From Vicugna vicugna (Eukaryota), in contig MU058844.1 in NCBI GenBank assembly GCA_013265495.1, forward strand, positions 11,430,184 to 11,494,183: a stretch of 64,000 nucleotides of DNA, in the 5' to 3' direction. How positions within the stretch are numbered: position 1 is the first letter of the stretch; the number at the start of each line of letters is the position of its first letter. Of the stretch, positions 55,058 through 64,000 are shown piece after piece. The notes beneath the pieces were generated by a model that saw only the letters and a list, made by a program, of their open reading frames with translations, was not told the origin of the DNA and searched no databases. The translations under genes were made by a program, and so were the position numbers.

Positions 55058-55894
55058 ACTTGTAGCGTTAGAATCATGACTGTCTTCAACTCCTCATAAC
55101 TGTGGAAACAGCAACATGAAACTGATAGTGATTGTGAACTGACCCATTTAAGATCAGTGACGGTGTTTGAATTTTTTTAAACAAACACTGTAAAATTCAA
55201 AATGACAAAAAATGGCTGAAATGAATGTTTCAAATCCATGTTTTCCCCTAATGGATATGGCCTTACTGTTGTAGGAGTTGGGGTGCACAAAGATTTGTAA
55301 TGCAGGCTTAAAAGCTCTATTCAAAGTTGCAAATTTTTCACAATTGTTTCAAGAGATGAAACACTTGAACAAACTTTTAGAAAGCCCAGCACACGTCTCT
55401 GGCTTGTTAGTTATTGTTGTTTTTCTCTTCTTTCTATCCATTCTTCGATAGCTTTCCCAGCGGACAGTGTTCTACAGCAAGGGCACAGGAGAGCAGGAGG
55501 ACTCTGGTGAATCAAGGGGAGTGACCACCACAGCAACCATTCTCCTCAGTGGTTATGTGGCATCACGTTGAGAAGGCAACCAACCCACTGGCTGGCCAGG
55601 TACTCCTGGATAGCCATCAGCCCACCAATTCTATATGTCTGCTAGGAACACACTGTGTCAAAGCAGACAAAAACGGAAAATCACAAGAGAGTGAGAACGA
55701 CAGAAATATATTATTTTTTACCCCTTTGGTAACTTCAAGTCTCCTCTTTGTTTTGGAAAAGAAAATGAACCATACACATTGTATCCTCTAAGGAATCATG
55801 TTTTCATAAGGAATTATTAAAGATTGATTTATTGGTACCAAAATTGGCCAAGGTTTAGGATTTATACCTGTCAGTTCTTTAAACAGATGGTCCA

Positions 55895-56920
55895 TTCATA
55901 TATTCATTCATTTATTCATCTGACAGTATTTATTGATACTATGTTAATTCATAGGTATTCTTCTGTTTACTGAGAATGGAGTAATATCCAAGGACAGAAA
56001 CACTGACAGAAACCTAACCCCAGAGAAATTCCATGTAGAGGAGGAAGACAGAAAATACATAAGTTGACAAAGAAAATGATAATTTCCTAAGTACTCTGAA
56101 TGAAAATAAAATGTGATGCTATAATGCTGTGTCTAAGGTAGGAGAGAAACTACTTCTGAGTAATTTAGAGTAACTATTCTCAAGTGGTATACAAGAAAAG
56201 ATTTTCTAAGAAAGTAACATTTGAGTTGTGATAGGAATGATGAATAAGAGCTAGTCAAGCAAAAGTTAAGTAAAAGTACTCCATGCAGAAATTGGAGGGA
56301 GGAAAAAACTTTCCTCTCCCCTTCTAGATTCCTCTGGCTGGTCTAAGAATTAAACGGACATGAGACAGATTAAGAGGAGAAAATCAAACAAAAATTTAAC
56401 AGCATGTCTACATGGGAGAGACCCAGGAGAGCTGAGTAACTTAACAAAATGTCCAATACCCTCACCTTAAATACTATCCTCAGCTAAAGACAGAAGAGGA
56501 TGTTGGCGATAGTGGTGTGGGACTCCAAAGGGGAGGAAGACCATTGACATGGAGATGGAAAAACAAATGTTTGGTAATCAAATGTTTGGTAGGTCATGCA
56601 GAGACGATGGGACATAGAGAGAAATTTTAACAAATAGGCTTTGCTAGGTTCGTCCCTGTTTACATACTTAGTTCACAGTATAGTTATATCCAGCAGTAGC
56701 CCCTTACTGGAACAGGTCTTCTTTCTATGTTCTTTAAGGTAGCTGAGGGAAGGTCAAAGGTTCTTCCTGAGTCTTTTGGGCCTTCAAAATAGTCAGCCTA
56801 AATTAATTCTCATGCCAAAGAGACACTTTTTGGGGTGGCAAATTTTGCTCCCCAGCAAAGGCAAGGGCTTGAGATTGCAACACAATTGAAGAGTTCAGGA
56901 CCTAAAGAAAGTTCAATGCG
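55895..56920 (-). mobile_element. L2 fragment interrupted by the LTR at 56292-56857
   Basis: tattcattcatttattcatctgacagtatttattgatactatg tail; aagtaacatttgagttg...ccatgcaga [LTR] aaaggcaagggcttgag. Confidence 0.65.
56292..56857 (-). mobile_element. ERV1 solo LTR, MER34-group-like, full length
   Basis: Reverse strand starts tgctggggagcaaaatttgccaccccaaaaagtgtctctttggcatg and ends gaggaaagttttttcctccctcca (TG...CA termini). Confidence 0.85.
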
Positions 56921-59900
56921 GTATCATTTTTTTCCTTTCTTACATGCCATAGTTTAAAATTTTGCAAAGAAAAAAGGACTCAGTATACTCAAAGCTGTTG
57001 AGGAAACGAGAGCCTGACTTTCTTGTTTGAGGAGAGTAGACTATTTCAAATTTTGAAATTGATATATCCAAAACTTTGGGGAATGACCACTTTTACATCA
57101 ACCATTATTTTGGAAGTGAATTCTGGGCTTGGTCTTAGCTAAGTGACCTGAGCCCAAGTTCACAGGCCACACAGTTAATATTTTCATTTTAAGTGGTGTT
57201 ACATGCATTAGCACATGTGAACCTCAGAAAAAATCTATGTGGTAGAAATAATTCCACTTAAAATGTGTCATGAAGTGTTGGTTATAGTTCTTAAAGACTT
57301 GAATTAAGAATATTAAATCCAAAAGCACTAAGCTTCTAAAAACCCACTCTTTTGTGTGTATATTCTTATTCTCTCCATTTCTGTTGCACAACTCACTAAT
57401 TTATTTTTCCTTTGGAATGCCTTGCATCCCCCCCTTTTTTTAGTCCAACTGTAACTCTCTGATTTTTAATCACTGTATGTTCATTTCCATTTTTTAATGC
57501 CTTTTCATCTGTCTCTCTCTGACTAAATCCTACTTATCTTTCAAAGCCCAGCTCAAAAGCTCTCCTTACCTTGATGTTCTTCCTAAGATCTATGAAAGGA
57601 AAAAACATATTATGTCTCTTTGACACTTAGCACTTTAGGTATCAGGTTGCTTTCTACATGAGATTGTTTTTGAGGCAGGGAATTTGAATTTTTTAGCTGT
57701 GCGTATCTCACAACACTTGGCAAAATGTCTGTGCAGAGCAAATACTTGTAAAGCTCGTAGACCTGGGGCGGGTGGGGGGGCGGTGAAGTCAGTTCTCCAT
57801 CCCATACTTCTCATGCAAAGCGGGGAGAAGGCACAACTTGGGAGAGAAAAATGTATGGAGGAACGTGGATGCCTCTCTCTCCTTTCCAAGGAGAGGTGAT
57901 GTATCTGATTGGTTAATTAGGAGGAAGAACTGGCTCCTGTATTTCTTGCCAGAAGGTTTGCCTCAAGACGCTTGCTTCCTCTGCTTCTCAAAGTGGAGGC
58001 TCTGAATCTGCCAAGGGGAGATGACCACGTTTCTGTGTGTATGGATTTTATCCTGAAGAATGATCTCAGGAAGCCTGACTGCTGCTACATATCTGAAATA
58101 TATTTTCCAATTCAGTTTATGCATAATAACACTGTAGTATTTTCATCTCCATCTCTCTGACACCTTTTCTATCTTAAAAAATATAAATAAATAAGACAAC
58201 TTAGTAAGTACTTGAGGAATGAATGAAGAGAAAGAAATGTACACCAGGTAGAGGTTGATAACCACCCACCTCTCTAAGCCTTCTCTTTGGGTTTATTAAG
58301 TCACTACTCCTGGAAGATTCACCAAATAAAACAAGAGAGTAAGTTTGTATCTTGTGTAGAATTCCCTCACCTGGCAGCCAAGGCAGCCCAACAATGTGGC
58401 AACATTGTATTTTGACTTAAAAAATTTTTTTCCAAATAAATACCGTCTGAATTTTAAAGAATAGAGGTCTGAATGCTAACGATCTTCTCAACCAACATTA
58501 ATGCGAAGTTATATCGGATAGAATACTGTATATACATAAAAAGGCAAGTTTTGTGCATTACTAATTAACCAGCTATCCTCATTTATTTCAATACAACTTT
58601 GTGTGCCTGAAGACCGATGTTTTAGAAGGCTGGAACTTTAAATTCTCAAAAAGGTGAAATAATAGTAAATATTCCATGATTAAATAATTGTTACATAGGA
58701 AATTAGTATCTAATATTCTTCCATACAAACGAGAAATGATGCACAACTAACACTTCCCCTGACCCTTATGAGGTTTATACCATCCTTTAACTCATTAAGA
58801 AAGGCTCATTGGATTTGGAGAAAAAAATAAAGAGAGAAATATTTAATATCATCAAAATCAGTTATTGATGAAAACCCACATAATAATTCTCAGTGTTACT
58901 GCAGTGATGAAAAAGAGCTCGACCAAGAAAATTTCCTGCATCCCTTCTAGGTCTAAACAGCACATTTCTAAAATAAAGACCATGAGTCACAGCAAAGAAC
59001 TAGAAACCTGAATTCAGCAGCAAAGCAAAACTCAAGTGAAAATCACTTTGCCTTTTTAAAGTAGTGACTTTTTAAACTTTTCCTCTGATTCTCTTAAAGA
59101 TTTGATGAGTGTTTCTTTTCCAGAGTGGTCACGTCTCCCTCTGTAATAAGCACCAGATAGCTTCTTGGGAAGCAATATCATTCTGTTAGAAGACAGCAAT
59201 TGCCTAACAATTTAACCGTCACTGAAAAAACTTTAAAAATACAAAATTCACTCCATTCAACACAATACTCTTATTCCTTGCAGGACTTCAATTTAGATTT
59301 TAATTCATGTATCCCACCCTTGAGAACTTTTCCATTTACCTCTCCATGAATTTGACATTTCGATTTGAATCCACTGGAAGAGAACTGAAGCTTAGGCCAT
59401 ATGGTTGGGAGCAATTACGGTGTTAACCACCCGTACACAGGCTCACCCCTTAACAATTTCCAACGTCTGGGTTGGAAACGCCACATCACAGAGATTATTC
59501 TGTTGAAGCCAGGCCTCCCTCCGCTGTGATCTCACCATCTAATTACATTTTTTTCACAAGTTTAAAAAAAGACAGCACTTGTTAGGTAAAAGAAGCACCA
59601 AGTTTTTCTGAATCTAAAAATACCATTATCAAAGAAGAGGAAGTTTATAGTTGTTAGCCATTTGCCAGTGCGGGAATACCACGCCACACTAAAATATGAC
59701 CTCACAACCAAGAATCAGTGATTCTGTCATAAACCCCTACACCATCACATGCTTTGAGTGCAAATCATTACCCACCTAGACATCTGTTAGCACTCACCCC
59801 CCTCCCCACCCCCTGCGCAGTCTTAGAGGAGAGAGATATTGTGGCTACTTTGGGTAAGAAAATGTTGGTCTGAAATGTATCACATTTAAATGAATTTCCT

Positions 59901-60210
59901 AAGGTGGAGAACTCAGAATTAAGACTCTCTCTCCCACTCACCCATCTGTACTGTACTCCATATGATCTAAGCTTAACTCTTCCCCGATCCTATCCACACA
60001 GGAGGAGACTCAGGAGTGTGCTCTGACCTGGCTCACCCATGAGTTTGCACCCTCCTCCATAACAGACAGTCCCAAGGCACGAATGTTTCATGCCGTTTTC
60101 TTTACCTTTCCAGCATCTACTTGACAAAAGCAGCCCTTTTATTCCGCCAGTAACACTACCAACGTTTTTTTGTTCTAAACAAAGATCTACTTATTTTTTA
60201 CCCATTACCT

Positions 60211-60700
60211 TGGCGATAGAACTAATCAATAAACAATCTCTAATAGGAATAGGAAAGAGTTTCAAGTGAGCCACACTGAGGACTAGAGCCCTGGAGACAG
60301 TCTCTCAGTTAACACGGAAGAACTGCTCTGGAGAAGCATGGTTTTCAGTACAGTTTTATATCTTGTTAGAACAAATAACATCAAACAAGTCAGGGACACA
60401 TCACTACAAGGTTTTAAAAAAACAGATCAGCATGTACACAGTGAGTCACGGTGGCCTTGGCGCCTGGGAAGGGAGTCTTATCATTGAAGGAGTCATAGCA
60501 TTGGCATCCCAGGAAGGGAGGCATTCAGTATTTTTAATTCCAGTCAGTTCACTCTTTTCTTCAATAATTAAAGCAGATGCACAATATATGTCTGATAAGC
60601 CACAAACAGTCTGGTTTCATTAGCATAATATTCCAGTTAGATATGTATAAGCTAGAATGACTTCCTTATATCTCAATATGTGAATATTTCTTTCATTAAC
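60211..60700 (-). mobile_element. ERV1 solo LTR, MER41/LTR8/LTR39-like
   Basis: actgaggactagagccctggagacagtctctcagttaacacggaagaactgctctggag resembles the recalled MER41_BT/LTR8-type U3-R block. Confidence 0.65.
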
Positions 60701-61018
60701 CTACAAACTGAATTATGCATGTTTTGAAAATATGAAAAAAAATCTTAATACTTTCCTAGACTTAGTCTTTCAGCCTTATTTTAAAAAAAATGATGACATA
60801 TTCTGGCAATTACTCATGCCATAAATACAAGATAAGACTGAATATTTAGGAAAAAATTATAAGACAAAATGTAAGTAAATAAATGTGTTTTATTTGGGGG
60901 AGGATATTTTTTCATTCTTTTGGTTGCCCTTTCATATGGAGGGGACTCCAGTAAGATAACATTTCTAGCCTTTCTCTGTCCACTCACTCACTCTCCCCAA
61001 GGTATGAATATGACTTAC

Positions 61019-61221
61019 AATGGTGATTTTGCATTGAAAAACTGAGGAGCCTCATCACTCCCCATTTTCTTTTTCTTTAGAGCCCGGGTGTTTGCAGGAA
61101 AGACATTTTGCTTTGCTTTTCTACGCTCGGACCCTAAGCGTGAAGCCCTGGCCCCAGAGCCAGGGTGCCCTGTGGCCGGGTCTCTATAATCCCCTGGCTC
61201 TGTATGAGACATCCCACCTTC
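61019..61221 (-). other. Candidate spliced exon (203 nt) of an unidentified transcript
   Basis: Branch-like tactgac, acceptor ttttatctgtag|GAA, donor ATT|gtaagt; one frame is open throughout (EGGMSHTEPGDYRDPATG...FFNAKSP). Confidence 0.4.
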
Positions 61222-61649
61222 CTACAGATAAAATCCACCATTTGCAATGTCAGTACTGCCAATAATACTGCTTTCTCCTTTCGTCTTATACCTCAGCTGT
61301 TCAGAACTCCAGGTAGAGAATTGACCATTTGTTTCTTAGGCTTTCCAAACCCCAGCATGTCTGAAGAAATTATATTTTACTGAATTCATTTACTGCTAAA
61401 TAGAAGACATAAATGCAAAGTTCATTACTATATGTTTGGAATAGTCAAGGAACTAGAAAGAAAATCATTCTTTCCTCATGTTTGTTTTCTGACCTGCCAG
61501 CCAATCATACAAGTGTTTTAGCATAACAAGGCAATTATCTGAACCTAGTCAAATCATACCAGGACATGAGTATTTGCAAAAGTTAATTTTATTAATTTCA
61601 GATCAATAACTTAATGTGAGGTAATAAATAGTTAACATACTAGTCAAAT

Positions 61650-61880
61650 GATAATTAGTAGCTCATACTCTTGGGCACTATGTGATAATAATTCTACTGA
61701 GAACATTTTGTTTTAATTAATCTTCAAAACAGCCCTAAGAGAAACACTATTATTTTCTCCATTTAAAAAGACTAAAAATTCAAGCTTAGAAAACCTGCTT
61801 GAGGACATAGAACTCTTTTCACAACCGAAATCTACGTCTATTTGACCTAAAAGTCCACAACTCCAAAATCATATGATATA
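61650..61880. mobile_element. MIR SINE
   Basis: ttgggcactatgtg...taatcttcaaaacagccctaagaga...ctattattttctccattt. Confidence 0.6.
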
Positions 61881-62879
61881 TTGTCACTAAATTGTATTTT
61901 CCAGAATGTTCTTGTTAAACCAGAGAAACCATCTGGAAAATAAATTGTTTAATTCGACTTGTACTTGCTGCTCAATTCTCAACAATATGCAAAAACATAC
62001 ACACATTAGTCAAGGATACGGCACCGAAAAGCTCATAAATTTTATTAGGAACCCATTGTATTTGAACAGAAGACTTGCCTGAAAGATCATATATAAAATG
62101 ACAGTTCTTAAGGTTTTAAAGAACAGAGATACGGAGAGACTGTTTCAGTAAACAAAGGTTGATACTAAGGATACATTCAGGGGAAAGTAAAAACTAACAG
62201 AAAGAGGAAGTAGTCCCAACTGCCACACAGTCAAACCTCACGGCGAAGAGAGATGCTGCTCAGTGTTTAAAAACAGCTCCAGCAGCACCTCCGTTAACTC
62301 AAACACCTTCCGCTCTGCCGTCATGGCAACTTAACAGCTCCCTTTCTGTTTGTCTCTCCACGAGCTTTTTTCCTATTCGGCACCTGGCTGCCTGTGCTTT
62401 TCCTCATGATTTCTGTTTCCTCTAGACATCAGTGGCCTCATGGCTTTCATTACAGACTAGCCCAACTTACATCATGGGCTTACTGACTTGTTAAGAGTCA
62501 AGCCGTCAGCGGTTGATGGATTATCATCTTCATGCTTTTGATTTCATCTTACTCTAATGGTATATGTACCAAGCAGACTTCCTTGGATTCATCCTGAAAC
62601 CTCTCCCTCTCCTTCTCATTATGTTTAATACTAATTATTCCAAAGAAAGGCAATGCCATGTCCTTACTTGGTTTAGAGGCATATAGATTGGAGCTACTTA
62701 TTTATTTATTTTTTACTCCAGTGTCAGCCCATCAATTTTTCACCATTTTGCTTTTAATCATCATTGATGAGGTTGCCAGTCAACTAGTGTAACATGCATC
62801 AGGATTAATATCCAGCACAACTATACAGTTGTCAATGTTTTTTAATCACCATTGCATTATAAAATTGAGAGGTACAAAT

Positions 62880-63890
62880 TGAGCCATTTTAGTCAAAACT
62901 GTAGTTTCTTTCCTCTGTAGACATATTTCCCTTCATCGCTTCTTCCAGTGATACATCCCACCTTCCTACTGGGGAGAGGGGAAGTTTTCCCTCTTGAGTT
63001 CTTATAGCTAAACTAGTAATGAAACTGACACTGGACAGATCAACAGGAGAGAAAGAAACAAATTTTAACTCATGTGCATTGGAGTCCCATAGAAATAGAA
63101 CCTAGGAAGTCACCAAAGTAGATAGCTTTTATACTTTCTAGACAAAGAAATAATAAATTTGTGAGGAATGGACAAAACAAAGCAACTTAGGTTTTGGATG
63201 CCCAATTAGTGAAGAACCTAAACAGAGTTTGGGTTTGGAGCAATAAATTAAAGAAGTAACAAGATTGCTTATACATGGTTCTCAGATCCAAATTCCCTAT
63301 CTTTGGCAAAAAGGGCTTTCTTTTACTTCTACATGCAGGGAGTACATACATCCTTCATGTGAGAAATTTGTTTCCTACTTTCAGGGAGACAGAAAGGAGA
63401 GTCATAGTGTCCCTCTTGAGTTGGCCATTTTTTAAGCAAGTTTAATCCAAAATAATCAAAATGTCACTGAGGCACATTTAGGCCCCCAACAGTGTCCATA
63501 GACATAGTTTTTAACCAGAGTGTCCTTGCCCCAGAGCACACTAAGTGGTCCCAAAATGGATTCATGACCCAAACCGAATTAATCAAAGACTTTTCCCAGA
63601 TTTCATGGAATTAACAGTTCATCTTTAGAAAAATTCTCTAATGATGTGATTCCAAAGTTGTTCAGCAATCACTGTTTTTACTGCAGGGAAGAAATTTGTC
63701 TACCATAGGAGAAAACAGGACCAAAGACAGACAAATATAATGAGACAGAAGGAAAGAAAGAGCTCTGCTTGTGACCAAGCCCCAGTTTTATTCCTCCAAG
63801 AACAGCACCGAGAACTGCCCAAGTCCTGAAGCTAGAACCACAGAACCAGCCCGAATTGACTCTGTCTTGTTTCTAACAAGATACTGAGTT
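62880..63890 (+). mobile_element. ERVL LTR16-like element interrupted by an ERV1 LTR
   Basis: gtggtcccaaaatggattcatgacccaaaccgaattaatcaaagacttttccc...gcccgaattgactctgtcttgtttctaacaaga. Confidence 0.5.
62970..63491 (-). mobile_element. ERV1 solo LTR, MER34-group-like
   Basis: tggggagaggggaagttttccctc...gaaactgacactggacagatcaacaggagag...tccaaaataatcaaaatgtc...cccccaaca; TG...CA termini. Confidence 0.75.
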
Positions 63891-64000
63891 GTTTTTCAGA
63901 GACAACAGAACAAAACTGCAAGTCATGCAGCCAAAGCATGTGCAGAGGAAAAAGTTTTGACCTCAAACAACAATCAGGACCAAATTTTCAGGGAATCAAA

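Noticed and set aside
61209..62969. Exact 17-bp direct repeat acatcccaccttcctac at 61209 and 62953
   Set aside because: The intervening 1.7 kb is heterogeneous old sequence rather than a single insertion, and one 17-mer match within 64 kb can plausibly be chance.

Overview
AT-rich, repeat-dense mammalian genomic DNA, most likely from a camelid (camel/alpaca/llama). The evidence is two short tRNA-derived SINEs resembling the camelid Vic-1 type, a cetartiodactyl-type L1 3' end, and no Alu, B1, BovB/Bov-tA or PRE-1 elements that I could see. I recognise no known protein-coding gene, RNA gene or prokaryotic system. The ORF track is mostly chance ORFs plus decayed L1 ORF2 fragments, so the window looks intergenic or deep-intronic. 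Contents: ancient MIR, L2, L3 and L1M fragments; MaLR (MLT1) and ERVL (LTR16/LTR33) LTRs; five MER34-group-like ERV1 solo LTRs and one MER41/LTR8-like LTR; DNA transposon relics; and younger L1 and SINE insertions with target-site duplications (TSDs). Three observations stand out. (1) A CpG island at ~18.3-19.0 kb is built from an MLT1A LTR split by a ~280-bp GC-rich insert carrying promoter motifs, a candidate TE-born promoter. (2) A well-formed minus-strand exon at 61019-61221 has an open basic reading frame, an upstream RFX X-box and further possible exons. (3) Several short junction fillers made of iterated local copies and fold-backs resemble templated-insertion repair scars. All repeat family names come from recalled consensus similarity, not from a RepeatMasker run, and boundaries of old repeats are approximate.
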